A DNA stretch of 63,787 nt, counting the filler, from Octopus bimaculoides (Eukaryota), in NCBI RefSeq assembly GCF_001194135.2. It is 9 parts of 7 records of this genome, joined end to end, with 100 filler letters (N's around TTAATTAATTAA, not from the genome) between each part and the next. Parts side by side here need not be neighbours in the genome. Positions count along the whole stretch, not along the records: positions 44,141 to 54,600 come from NC_068981.1; positions 54,701 to 61,650 come from NC_068999.1; positions 61,751 to 63,787 come from NC_068985.1; 6 more parts are not named here. One strand, given 5' to 3'. Both the position numbers and the translations under genes were made by a program. The stretch's first letter is position 1, and every line of letters begins with the position of its first letter. Under the pieces are notes generated by a model, which saw nothing but the letters and a program-made list of their open reading frames with translations, did not search any database and was not told the DNA's origin. Shown in pieces: positions 50,686 through 63,787 of the stretch.

Positions 50686-52909
50686 TATCAATATTTAGCA
50701 GAAGCAACAGAGCGATTCAAGGGTCGAGGGTTTTGTGCATTAGCAATTATCAAACGCTCGGACCTTGAGTCATTTTGTTGTTTCTTTTAGATATTAATAA
50801 AGATATAAAAGTTTTATTAGATTTTTTAAAAGAAAGAAAAACCGGCGAAATGTTAGATCGTCGGGAAAAAGATGCTTTCCTGCATTTTTCCCGACTCTTT
50901 ACATTCTGACCTCAAACCTGAATCGAGATCAACTATTTGTAGCAAATAGAATATCCGAGCTGCAATGGAAAAACTATTTCGTTGGCCCAAAGTAAACTGC
51001 TAGCTGACAGTTGTGGAACTAAATACTGTCCATCGTTATTCTGTCTTGAAAAGGGGTTATTGATTTGGACAGATCCTGTCACCGGAAGCTTTGTTGAGTC
51101 GATATTCAAGATATTCAAGACACTTCATTCTCTAAAACCGAGTTTATCTTAACTGCAAGGTTGGAACATCTTTCCCTCATAGTAAGAATGTAAACGAGTT
51201 TTTGAATCAACGAGAAAAGCTTTTTGTCTATAGAAAAGAGATCAACTCAAAGGGATAGATAAAAATGCTACTCTCCTATCCAATACCAGGGTAACCCAAA
51301 TACCCCTCAATTCGAATGAGCCATTCATATATTGTCCCACTCCTTTTCACTATCTTAAAATATAAAACATTTAGAACTGCAGAGGAAACTGATTAAACAA
51401 ACAGTAAAGCACCGGAATAAATATTGCATAGATGTTCATAAAGTATACAATTTCATACATTTAGATCTGGCTTAGAATCTCGCTGACAATATTTAAAATT
51501 GACCACATACCTAAGCAAGACCTGGTTAAATTCTTTATTTTACGCATATTCCATATTGTTCCTTCACGTACTGAATTGTTATGCCATTGAAATTGACATT
51601 TCATCTCATCGTTCCGAGTAGCAAAATACGTACAGGAAATAAGTACTAAGGCCGAATATGTATGATCTGCGGACAAGGTTAAAAATCAATAGCATAACCA
51701 TAAGACATTATATTTGGGTAATTTGTAAGGTCGATTATTATAAGGCAACGAATTAGCAGAGTTGTCAGAGCATCGGGTAGCATCTTTGCAATTTAGTTAT
51801 TGCTCTTTACGATCTCAGTTCATACCCCGCTCAGGTCAACTTTGCTTTTCGTTCTTTCAAGGTCGAGAAATAAAGTACTAGTCTAATGCTCATATAGCCC
51901 TATTTCCATCCAGTATCACGTCCTGGATTTTCCGAGGGGTCGAGAGTGGGGGGGTCCAGAAAGTGTTTGTATCAATTCACGATTACATCGGCGCCGGAGG
52001 TCATTAGCGAATTAGTATTCTGATATTAAGTCATCCTCGACTGCGAGTGACGATCGTAATTTTTGTATTCGATTATATCTTCAACATAAAATCTCTGATG
52101 AAGTTACTGATGAAGGCAGAATGAAAGCAAAGTCGACTACGTTGAGTTTTGAAATCGTGTTTAAAACATTTTTGCCCTTCAAAATTATTAATTTGCATCC
52201 TTTCTAGATCAGCTTTATTTCCATATAAAAAAAATACGCGTATGTATTTTGAGATTTGATTGAGTGTGCAGCTCTGACAAAAGACAAAAAAATAAGCCTT
52301 GACAATCTTCAATATTACTCAAAACAAGGTCAAATGTGCATAAGTGTTCGGAAGATGAACTGACAGACATGTATGAACGTCAGAGAAATATCTTGTGAGA
52401 TATAATTACGACCCTTTAGTTCAAATATTGCCGAAGTCAACTTTCATCTTTCGTAGTTGATAAAATATATCAAGATAAAATATGTCCTTATAAATATTGA
52501 CCCATCCATTCTTGTACGTACGCAAGAAATATGTATTATAAATAAAAGTTAGACCGTCCGTCGAGTAAACAGTGCTGTTTCACAGTGACCTTAACGTGTT
52601 TTTCCTGTAGCCATGATCTTGCAAGCTGATTGAGAACATTAACTGCGTTTTACGAAGTCCATGGGTACATACACTTCCTCTACACTAACAATTAAATTAG
52701 GTTATATACAGCCAGTTTGATTTCCTTCGGTGATTTCGTCCTTATGTTACTGCTGCTGCTACTGCTGTTGCTTATTATACGTAAACTCTGAGAAAACTTA
52801 TAATCAATGTCATTGCAATTTTTTTTAAGACGATAGGGCGTGATTTCAACAAAATAAATTTAGCTGCTATTTGTCGCAGGTTGAGCTTCTATGTTAATTT
52901 CTCTCATTG

Positions 52910-53300
52910 ATTCGGGGCTCAGGTAAGACCCACAAAGGAGTATTGAAGCTACACCTAGGATTATGCTGTTGATGCAATTGCTACTTCTGCTATTGCACAC
53001 AGATATCCTAGATTGCAACCAGAATAGGGCCACACGACTGATTGGTGTAAAGTCACTCATAGACACGCCCCAGCATCTCGCCACAAGTACGCTGTCTCCT
53101 CTCTTTAGTTTTCTACCGCTGCTATAATCGCCTCTCTTGGAGTTGGTTGGATTCATACCACACCCACTCAAGTATTTCTGACTTATTTGCCTCTTCCCCG
53201 TCGCCCACGTTGTGTCCAATCCCTCTTCCTCAGGCACTGAAATAGTCAATACACCCACTCCTTTCTCTCAAGAACGTCACTCTTTGCGGGTCACACCTTA
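52910..53300 (+). mobile_element. CR1/L2-group LINE 3' RT fragment, degenerate
   Basis: AQVRPTKEY*SYT*DYA, LDCNQNRATRLIG, HKYAVSSL..FYRCYN and QYTHSFLSRTS correspond to AQVRP.MEYCSHIW.GA, LD.IQ.RA.RLI, HRR.VASLS.FYRY and SF.PRTS.LWN. Confidence 0.8.
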
Positions 53301-54846
53301 ATCATGAATTAATGATGGAAGTTAACGTCGTAGCTCAACCTACGACAAATAGCAGCTAAATCTATTTCCTTGAAATCACATCCTATCGTCTTATATAAAA
53401 AAGGATACATTGGATATTGTTCTCATAGACACAATGTATGAACGAAATAGAGGGTAGTTGTGACTGCAACGGCTTTGATTATAGACTTCTGGAATTTCCT
53501 CCTTGTTCATATCTTTCGATTAGGCATTAGTTTTCAAAGTTTCAGGTGGAATATTATTGACATAAATCTCACCAGTCCAAGAAGGCCTGCAAAGGCCAAA
53601 GGCACTACTCGTACTGTCTTAAGGAGTACGTACACAAGGCAGTTACCCTACGGTCCCACGAGTCTAGGGGTCCAATGATAATCTATTCATGTTGCTGTGT
53701 ATGTCAGGGACTCCCATGTATTGCTTTGTTTGGGGGCCTATAATTCTGTTAAAGCATCCCTGGGTACTACCGCTTCCTCCTAACTCAACAAGGGAAAACA
53801 AAATCACATAAACGATGTAAACAACACTGGTTTTGGTTGAATGACCTTCAATACATTATATGTATGTAGTTGAATGGAGCGAGGTCGACTGAAGCAATGC
53901 ATAGAAGAATACAGAGAGCAAGATGAGGTAAGACATGCTGGTTATCGACTGCATTCCTCACCATCTCTGTTTCTATTCGTCTTGACCTCATCTTACACTA
54001 AATTTAAGATGGTCACAGACAAGACAGTCAGGTTAACGGTACGCAACTCTTCTTCACCTGAAATAAAGGTCCTAGACAGATCATCAGTCATCCTTAAGGA
54101 TGAGTAGATGGTCCTTGTCGCTCCGACGAACAAATATAGATATTATGCAGTTACGTCTCTTTGCGATCAGAAAACAAATACCAACTCTAGGTTTCATTGT
54201 GCCTTTTGTCTCTCGCTTCATTTGTAAAACATATGTAGATTCAATCGATATACCATTCTCCTACAAATTTGTGGCTGACAAAATTTAGAGATCAATATTC
54301 AATACAGGAGTACAATTTGAGTACTGCGAGCGTGTGAACAGTAAACGTTGAAATCTCACCTTGTGCTTCATAGACAATAATCTATAAAGTATGAGAAGAT
54401 TAAAAAAAAAACCTGGGTGTAAATCATGTTGAACGGAAGTCACGTTGTCAGTCGGTGATGATCGAATTTTTGATGTTATTCTCTTTCTGTTTATTTATTT
54501 TTTGTACTTTTATATATTCTTATTCCAGCTTTATATTGTAGATTGTATGCGTTTGTTTGAGCACACACGCACGCACGCACACTCACACACACACACACAC
54601 NNNNNNNNNNNNNNNNNNNNNNNNNNNNNNNNNNNNNNNNNNNNTTAATTAATTAANNNNNNNNNNNNNNNNNNNNNNNNNNNNNNNNNNNNNNNNNNNN
54701 ATATACATGTGTGTATGTATATTCATATGTATGTATATATAAATATATAAATTTATATATATACATATATTTGCATATATAGATACCTATATATGCATAT
54801 ATACACGTATGCATATGTAAATGCACATATATACATATATGTTGTA

Positions 54847-54899
<53 letters not shown>

Positions 54900-55309
54900 T
54901 TGTGTGTATATGCGTGCTTATGTCTACGTATATATATATATAAGTGCATGTATATAGATATATCTATTCGTTCATGTACACATGCTTACATCTGTATGTA
55001 CGCGTGCGTATGTATGTATGTATGTATTTGTGTGTATGTGTGCGTGTGTGTTTGTGTGTCTGTCTGTCTGTCTGTTGGTGTGTTTATATATGCATATAGC
55101 AGATTATCTCTGAGTGCAGGACTGCATTTACATACCCTAAACCATAAACCATAAATACTTTACAAGAAGCACATTACAATCAGTTGGGTATTGATCGATC
55201 ACTTCTAAAATCGATACACAATAAACCGAAATCTCTATACCGTTGAATAGCGTTGCTTAACTGGTTCAGAATAATATACATACATACATACATTCATACA
55301 TACATACAT

Positions 55310-55359
<50 letters not shown>

Positions 55360-55371
55360 NNNNNNNNNNNN

Positions 55372-55428
<57 letters not shown>

Positions 55429-56214
55429 ATTATGTATGTATATGTATTTATATATATATTATGTATATGTATATATGTATGTATATATAAATATATATGT
55501 ATATGCCTATATACATACATACATATATACATATACATACATAATATATATATAAATACATAAATGTATTATATATAAATGTATATGCATATACATATAT
55601 ATAGATATAGACGTGTATATATATATATACATACATANNNNNNNNNNNNNNNNNNNNNNNNNNNNNNNNNNNNNNNNNNNNNNNNNNNNNNNNNNNNNNN
55701 NNNNNNNNNNNNNNNNNNNNNNNNNNNNNNNNNNNNNNNNNNNNNNNNNNNNNNNNNNNNNNNNNNNNNNNNNNNNNATATATATATATATATATATATA
55801 TATACATGCATACACACACACATACACACATAAGAACGTTGTTGACGCAAGCATTTATTATATTTCCTACGCACGTTTCATTGTGACTGTTCGGAAACTG
55901 GCAATATGTGCTCCGAGTGTATTTAGATCACCAGGGAATACTTCATCGCATTAAGATATGGATAACTATTTGTTACGTAGGAACGAACTAGCTGCCTGAA
56001 GACAGCTCTTTACTTCATATTGGCCACATGTGTTTTATTTGACTTGACTAAACGTGATGCATTCCATATAAAGGTAAAGACATGGTAGCAAACTTTTTCT
56101 TAGAGAGTGAACCGTACAAACGACAAGCTACATATCCAGGAACTTATACAAGCCGTATATGTGTGTGTTTGTATATGTTTGGGTGTGCGTTCTTGTGTGT
56201 ACGTGTGCGTGAGC

Positions 56215-56245
<31 letters not shown>

Positions 56246-56321
56246 TGTATGCATGTATATATGCACGCGTGTGTATATGAGTGTGTGTGTGTGTGTGTGT
56301 GTCTTCTACTTTTTAATTATT

Positions 56322-56533
56322 ATAAATCTTCCACTGAGGAGGGAGCCGGTTTCCAACAAAGATACAAGGCTCCATCTTAGGGACAAATTCACATTTGGAA
56401 CTTGAGAAAAGTCTTGCATATTTTTTACTGTTCCACTCATAGATTGCACCCTGTTGTTGATGTTGAAATTAGAATGAAGGTGCCTTGGATCTGGGTTAGA
56501 AACCGGTTCTTTCTCTATTGGCAAGAAATCTTG
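56322..56533. mobile_element. ~210-bp MITE/foldback with ~55-bp imperfect terminal inverted repeats
   Basis: Left arm gagccggtttccaacaaagatacaaggctccatc versus right arm reverse complement gaaccggtttctaacccagatccaaggcaccttc. Confidence 0.78.
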
Positions 56534-56904
56534 AAAAAAAAAAGAAACAACTGAACAATGACATACACACATACGTGTGTACGTACCTACATACATACAT
56601 ACAGCTGTATGCATGAGAATATGACATCCATCCATCCAACCATACATACATCCATCCATACATCCATCCATCCATCCATCCATACATACATACATACATA
56701 CATACATACATACATACATGCATGCATGCGTACATACATGCGTACGCATGTATGCATAGATAGATTGTCCAGCAGAAGAAGATAAAACGTGAAACGAAAA
56801 CGAAAAACATGAAAGTCACAGGGAAGGAAAGAAGAACGAAAGAATCAAAGAAAGAAGGAAAAAGAAAAAAAATGAGAGACCGAGAGGAACGAAGTATAAA
56901 GAGA

Positions 56905-56908
56905 ATGA

Positions 56909-56939
<31 letters not shown>

Positions 56940-56972
56940 TAAAAGAGAAAGAAAGAAAGAGAGAAAGAGGGA

Positions 56973-57044
<72 letters not shown>

Positions 57045-57069
57045 GAGAAAGAGAGAAAGAGAGAAAGAG

Positions 57070-57136
<67 letters not shown>

Positions 57137-57360
57137 GAGAAAGAGAGAAAGAGAGAAAGAGAGAAAGAAAGAAAGAAAGAAAGAGAGAAAGAGAGAAAGA
57201 GAGAAAGAGAGAAAGAGAGAATGAAAGAAAGAAAGAAAGAAAGAAAGAGAGAAAGAAATAAAGAAAGAAAGGAAGAAAGGAAGAAAGAAGGAAAGAAAGA
57301 AAGAGAGAAAGAAAGAAAGGAAGAAATAGAGAAAGAAAGGAAGACAGAAAGGAAGAAAGA
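56905..57360. repeat. Long (GAAA)n/(GAAAGA)n purine microsatellite
   Basis: Directly visible. Explains ORFs 56809 and 56845. Confidence 0.97.
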
Positions 57361-57464
57361 GATTAAGTACAAGGAAGCGTTTCTGCTATTAATACGAGAG
57401 ACTAGACGATTTATTATTACGATCATTATCACAACCATCATTATCATCATCATCATCATCATCA

Positions 57465-57510
<46 letters not shown>

Positions 57511-57703
57511 CATCATCATTATTATTATTAAAAGACAAGATTATTAATGCCTTGGTAAATTGCGTTGGTTTAGTCACGGCATACATTATTGCATTTCCAT
57601 AATATAGAGATTAGCTGAATTGCACTAAGAATAAAACTGTCTCTCTTTTTTTTTTGTTTGTTAGTTTGTTGTAGTAGTAGTAGTAGTAGTAGTAGTAGTA
57701 ATT

Positions 57704-57737
<34 letters not shown>

Positions 57738-57915
57738 CATGGTACTCGGTTCCAACGCGGCAACTGGTTTAAGTTATTCATAATGTATCGTGATGGGAAG
57801 CCAGGAAGCTAATGATATCTCGGTTTGGATACGTGAGAAGTAGTTTATACGTATACCGAAACGGTACTACAGTACACATGCACTGCAAGCACATGTGTGT
57901 GTGTGTGTATGTGGA

Positions 57916-57954
<39 letters not shown>

Positions 57955-58106
57955 GCGTGAGTGTGGGTGTGTGCGTCTGNNNNNNNNNNAGAAAGAAGGA
58001 AAGAAAGAAAGATAGACAGACAGACAGATAGATAGATAGACAGAGCGGGCTTCACATATACACACACGCACACACATATTTTCTCAATTATGAAGACAAA
58101 AGTTAC

Positions 58107-58174
<68 letters not shown>

Positions 58175-58176
<2 letters not shown>

Positions 58177-58945
58177 TACTTTTTAAATTGCATGTTTGTT
58201 ACAATCACTTGCCGAGACACACCCAGCATCCTAGGACGAGTGAAGGATAAGAGATGTTACAGTATGACTGAAAGCTTGCGGAGGGGCAGTAGCGAAATAT
58301 CTCCACGTAATACAACACAGACATTTAAATTGATAGGGTTTTTCAAAGGATGTGGGCAGTACTTGTTAGCACAATCTTTTGGATTTCTCTGAGACATGGT
58401 TGTCCTAGGATATTGTCTAGATGTTTCTGACATTATTTTCTTATCACCCACAATAACAAGAATAGTTCTCGCTTTAAGACGCCACACCTTTTGTATTTCA
58501 ATTTCCAGGTCCTTATATTTACTTAATTTGTCAAGTTCCTTTACAGATATATCTTTACACAAACTTAGCAGACAACCTAAAACATTCTTTCACTGACACA
58601 ATCATGTCTGCATTTATGCACGTTTTGAACTACCTTACTGCATTCTCTGAGAAGATAGATAATACTTTTGTGCACATTCCCACATATTGTGCGTTTGCTG
58701 TCAGACTGCGTTTTATAAGTCTTTGTCTTTATAAAATTTGCTTTAATGGTTCATTCCTGAGTGGCTAAACATACTGCTTCAGTTTCTATTTTCAAGTTCC
58801 CTTCTCTCAGCCATACAGCCAGAGTCATACACTGGTAACTTCCACAGTTCGTTGCGTAAATCAGTCATATAGTTATTCCTCTTTTCAGCTATTTGCCATG
58901 CTGTTCTTTGTTTTCTGGAAATCCTTCATCATTTCAATAGCGTTT
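58175..58945 (-). mobile_element. R4/Dong-like LINE 3' portion, internally deleted, ending in (AAT)n
   Basis: WLREGNLKIETE...ATQE; decayed zinc knuckle DSKRTICGN...IIYLLRECSK...KCRHD; KELDKLSKYKDLEIEIQKVWRLKARTILVIVG; REIQKIVLTSTAHIL.KTLSI*. Then a 3' UTR and (AAT)n at 58110-58175. Confidence 0.88.
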
Positions 58946-58963
58946 TCGATATTTAAACAGTTA

Positions 58964-59187
58964 GGCGGCGAGCTGGCAGAAACGTTAGCATGCCGGGCGA
59001 AATGCTTAGCGGTATTCCGTCTGTCTCTATGTTCTGAATTCAAATTCCGCCGAGGTCGACTTTGCCTTCCATCCTTTCGGGGTCGATAAATTAAGTAGCA
59101 GTTTCATACTGGGGTCAATCTAATTGACTGGCCTAACCCTAACCCTTCCCCCAAAAATTTCGGGCCTTGTGCCCAGAGTAGAAAAGA
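58964..59187 (+). mobile_element. Full-length SINE family A with perfect 15-bp TSD
   Basis: atatttaaacagtta at both 58949-58963 and 59188-59202. Confidence 0.95.
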
Positions 59188-59551
59188 ATATTTAAACAGT
59201 TAAACAGTCTTTATTCACCATTCGCAACATATTTTATATCAAACCTCCATATCGCCGTATTAATGGTGTCTTCTAGGTTTATTGAACATCTGACGTCTTT
59301 ACTTCATGGTAAATAGAGCCTGTCGTAATTACTTAGGGCGGTGCGCATTTGCTTCATAGCGTGGGAAAATAATATATTCTTTATTGTTCACGTACGTTTT
59401 ACAGTAGTAGTAGTAGTAGTAGTAGTAGTAACAGCAGCAGCAGCAGCAGTAGTAGTACTAGTGTTGTTGATGTTGGTGTTGTTGGTGGTGGTGATGGTGG
59501 TGTTGGTTTTGGTGATGGTAGTGGTGGTAATAGTAGTAACGAAAACAATAG

Positions 59552-59587
<36 letters not shown>

Positions 59588-59589
59588 AT

Positions 59590-61250
59590 TATTATTGTTG
59601 TTGTTGTTGTCATTCAGTAGTGTTATTTTTATGCTGTGCTTTCACTGCGCTACCGAGCGCAGCTCTGTGTGCCTCGGGTATGTGCTGTGGTCTGTTGCGG
59701 TGCTCTTATTTTCACTGTATTGAAAGTGTTTTACGTAGAATGTGTGCGATGTCTAGTAGTGCTATTTTCTGTATGTTATACATATTCGTTAAGTCCTGGT
59801 GTTTTGGTTATGCATTTGTCTGTATTCTTTTGATCATACCTAATGCACCTATTATTATTGAGATTGTTTCTGTTTATGGGCTCAATATTCGGATTATCTC
59901 TATTTCCAGATTATTTGTATTTTGAGGGTCTCTCTCTGTTTCTTTTAGAGATACATTGTCATTCGTTGGAATTTATATATCGATAAAAAGGCATTTTTTT
60001 TCTTGACTACTATATCAGGTCTATTACCCTTCATCTGTATGTATTGGCATATTCCAGAGTGTTGTTGCTTTGTTATTTTCTGAAACCTTTTTTGAAGTGT
60101 GCCGATACCATCATTTTTCTGTTGTCATTCCATAATGTTGGCCGAGCTACCAATGTACATGGGGCCTAAATCTCTCATGTCTGTGGATATATTCCTTAGC
60201 CAGGACAAGGCAGCCAGGACAAGGCAGCCAGTACAAGGCAGCCAGAGACAATACGATTTATTGTTTCTTCCCCATTAACAAATACTCTGCAGTTACTAGT
60301 ATTTTTCTTCATTATGTGTATTTCGTGGTTGCCAGTAAGGAAAGCTTTGAATTTGTGCTGCAGTTAAAAACCCTTCCGTTCTCTGCTTTGAGCCCTGAAC
60401 TTCTCCACCATTGCCAGAATTTTACTTTGTCTATTTCTTTCCTGTTTAGCTCATCTCTGTATTTGCCATGTAAGGGCTTTTCTTACCATCCTTTTATGTT
60501 ATTTTTTAGTTGTAGTTTTAGCTTAGATTTTAGCTGCTTTACTTCTTTTCTTTCTCCGTTTCCTATAGTTGTCAGATATGACGACTGCTTGTATTTTTTG
60601 GCTTCTTTGGAGACAAAAAGAGTTTTTCTTGTGTGTGTTTTACTCGTGCTGTGAAGCTGTTTGTAACAGTTTTCCTTCGTTCTGAGTTAGATATTTCTAT
60701 AATCCTACGATGGATGTTTCATAATATCTTCCTAATTGCATAAGGCCTCTACCACCTTCAATTTGTTGTATATATAACCGCTATATGAGCGGTGTATTCT
60801 AAATTCCATCATTATTTTTCTTGTTTTCCTATCAAGTTTGGTTAGTTCTTTTAGTGTCCAGTTAAGAATATTGTAACTAACTTATAACTGAGACAATACT
60901 CTAGTATTGCTGCCTCTTGTCTTGTTTTTCGTACAGAGCCCTGTTTTAAGTATTAATCTAACTCATCTATAGTATTCATTCCTTATTTTCTTTTTCGTTT
61001 CTGTGTGTTTTACCTTATCTAGTTCATTGATTCCTACGTATTTGTATGTCTGAGATTGGCCTAATTCTCTTATTTCATTTTCTTTATCTAGTGAGATAAT
61101 ATTACTCATAACTAGTTTTCCTCTTTTCAAGGTTACTTTGGCATGTGTTTCTAAGCCGAATTTCGTGTTTATTTCTTTGGTAAATCCATGCATTGTCTGT
61201 AGTAATGCTTCCAGCTGTTTATCTTTTGCTGCAAACATATTTCAAATTCT
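59590..61250 (-). mobile_element. 5'-truncated R4/Dong-like LINE (late RT, zinc knuckle, RLE, 3' UTR, (AAC)n(AAT)n tail), pseudogenised
   Basis: FAAKDKQLEALL...KFGLE...YKYVGI...KIRNEYYR; LNWTLKELTKLDRKTRKIM; EGGRGL; KPLHGKY; CRV...EETINRIVSGC...AKEYIHRH; NRPDIVV; IIIGALGMIK; QKIALLDIAHILRKTLSIQ*. Confidence 0.9.
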
Positions 61251-61595
61251 AAAGACAAATTCACTGCAGTTACTGCGGAGTAAAAATTTGCCTTTAGAAG
61301 TAGAAATATATTCACAAACATATTTTAACTAAGCGAAAGTTCGCTTATGCCTAAACACTGCTTGGCTCTGATATATATATTCTTTTATTCTTTTACTTGT
61401 TTCAGGCATTTGACTGCGGCTATGCTGGAGCACCGCCTTTTAGTCGAACAAATCGATCCCATGACTTATTCTTCGTAATTCTGTCATCCTATCGGACACT
61501 TTTGCCGAACCGCTAGGTTACGGGAACATTAACACACGAATATCGGTTGTCAAGCGATGGTGGGAGACAAGCACAGGCACACAAACATACATACG

Positions 61596-61650
<55 letters not shown>

Positions 61651-61884
61651 NNNNNNNNNNNNNNNNNNNNNNNNNNNNNNNNNNNNNNNNNNNNTTAATT
61701 AATTAANNNNNNNNNNNNNNNNNNNNNNNNNNNNNNNNNNNNNNNNNNNNATATATACATATACTGAAGCACACAAATAATATATACTTGCAGAAGGACA
61801 GCCCTCCAGGAAGTTTTCTTCTAGTCAAACCTGGTGTGTGTTTATATTACAGAGACAGTATGTGTATTTATATTAGAGAGACAT

Positions 61885-61915
<31 letters not shown>

Positions 61916-63740
61916 CGGGGGGGGAGAACTTGGCAAACAATGAATGAAATAAACATGAAATGAAAAAATCATATAAATAAAAGCTTATTAGAAACTATCT
62001 TGTACCAAATATTAAAATTTTTCAACTTGAAATATTCAATAATAAAAGGAAGTTCAGAAAGTAAATTTTCCTGCAAGCCTCAATTTATAAAAAATGTCAC
62101 TTGCTTAGTAAATATTTCTTTCAGTAATTTATCGTAGTTGTAATTATATTTGTAATTTAAACAAACTTCAAGGTTTAGCATGCTAGAAATAGCAACGATT
62201 ACATTGTTATTATTGTAAGGCTTATAGCATTCCAAAAAGCCATACCAACAAAATCACTTCTTAATTTTTTTTTTTCAAATTATACTGGTATGTTAAAAAA
62301 TTTCCATTTTATCAAAAATAAACATATAAGTTATACAGCTGTTTTGTCTAATCACATCCATTCATTCATTCAATAAATAATTTTTTTACCTTATGCATAT
62401 AGAATAAAATGTGGGTTTTGCAAATAGCAAATTGAAACTTGAAATGTAAACATTAAAATGAATATATATCAAATTATTAATAAATGAAAATAGAGGCAAG
62501 AGAGAGTGAGGGATTGTTGCGAATGAAAGCGGAAAATTTTGCCTACAACAAATTAATATTGTTTATTAAACCTACTCCACAGTGAATGCAATGAGCATTT
62601 AAATTTGTAGAAAACTTGTAGTTCAAATATTCAATAACCTTCAGAAATTGAAGTTACAGGAAATTTCTTGGGACATGAATTTATAAAAACATCTCCAGAC
62701 AGTAAAGCCATTAATAATTGCTTTCTTTTAGTAACTGTTACATGCCTAATAAATAAGCAGCTTTCTCCATAATAACATAGATACTTATATTGTAGCTGTT
62801 GTTGTCGTTATCATCATTATTATTTTCATCATCATCATCAGCATCGTCTATGATACTATGGTTTCATAACAACCAATTAATGGGACTGAATGGTTCCATG
62901 CTGATAATCATCCAAAAATTGCTGAGGTAAATTAGCAGTGATCAGTAAAGGAGGAACAAACCTGATAAAATGTGTCAACCATTGCCAGTAAGGCAGCTAG
63001 ATGCCACACTGTGCAGTTTCAAATGTTATCTTGTGTATTTCAATTTATATCTATGATCTACATAAGCATGTGTTCAGTATTGTTAAACTACTGCAAGGGA
63101 AATTTACATACACAGTTGGCTGTGATGATAAAGAAGATCAGCATTAATTTATTTGGATTTTGCATCGCTACATTCTCTAGCATGTGGCCTTTTGTGTTTG
63201 GCATGTAGTGCTCTGTGGCCAGGTTATGCAATTAGCAGGAGAATGTAGAGTAAGCATGCACAGATCTACTCTGTTTAAAACTAAATCTTCCTGCAGGTTG
63301 TTCAGTAACAAGTTACTTAAATATTTTCATATTATATTTTTCTATCAATGTCCTAAGTCACTGGAGTCAAGGATAACTAAACACATAAAAGTACACAATT
63401 GGAACATTCTAGTTTAGGCAGCTGTTACACTGCTCATATACTGTTCTTGATGGGAAACACTATCATATATATGTGTGTAGGCATGTGTATCTTTTAGCTT
63501 TTGTCTGTTACTTGTTTCAATCATTTGACTGTGGCCATGCTGGGACACTGCCTTGCAGGATTTTCTAGTCAAACCAAATCGACCCCAGGACTTACTTTTT
63601 TAAGCCTAGTACTTAATCTATCAGTCTCTTTTGCTGAACTGCTAAGTTATGGGGCTGTAAACACACCAAAACTGTTTGTCAAGTAGTGGTGAGGGGCAAA
63701 CAGAGATGCACACACAAACACACACACATATATATATGTG

Positions 63741-63787
<47 letters not shown>

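Noticed and set aside
52860-53258. 132-aa minus-strand ORF as a novel gene
   Set aside because: It is the antisense of the degenerate CR1/L2-group RT fragment.
53874-54107. ORF containing GYRL as the next kinase exon
   Set aside because: No PY motif, no suitable phase-1 acceptor, and it begins in repeat-derived sequence.
56809-57547. Lys/Glu/Arg-rich or Phe/Leu/Ser-rich proteins
   Set aside because: Translations of (GAAA)n and (ATC/ATT)n microsatellites.

Overview
Eukaryotic genomic DNA, AT-rich and saturated with microsatellites. The SINE/LINE families, the C2H2 zinc-finger array and the simple-repeat load point to an octopus genome, probably Octopus bimaculoides (inference from recognition, not a search). 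The assembly is gappy, and eight gaps are artificial 44N-TTAATTAATTAA-44N linkers, so long-range order is uncertain. Almost every listed ORF is an artefact of N-runs or microsatellites. Host-gene sequence I can support: a 41-nt tyrosine-kinase subdomain IX exon (3051-3091, +), the C-terminal three fingers of a C2H2 ZNF gene (39015-39290, +), and the probable spliced 3' end of an unidentified minus-strand gene (about 29.25-31.17 kb). The rest is a layered transposon record: R4/Dong-like RLE LINEs abutting (TAA)n tracts, RTE and CR1/L2-group LINE ends, Penelope-like elements (PLEs), several tRNA-derived SINE families (three copies with target-site duplications), Tc1/mariner relics (D36E and D37D spacings, plus DD41D-like remnants), MITEs and Helitron-like ends. 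The most interesting signal is four hammerhead-ribozyme-like motifs (10464, 11017, 17244, 50019). One is physically tied to PLE coding sequence. Two belong to one dispersed family with an atypical core (A6 to U plus an extra A), and they differ from each other at the core positions the hammerhead consensus leaves free. None of this has been tested computationally or experimentally.
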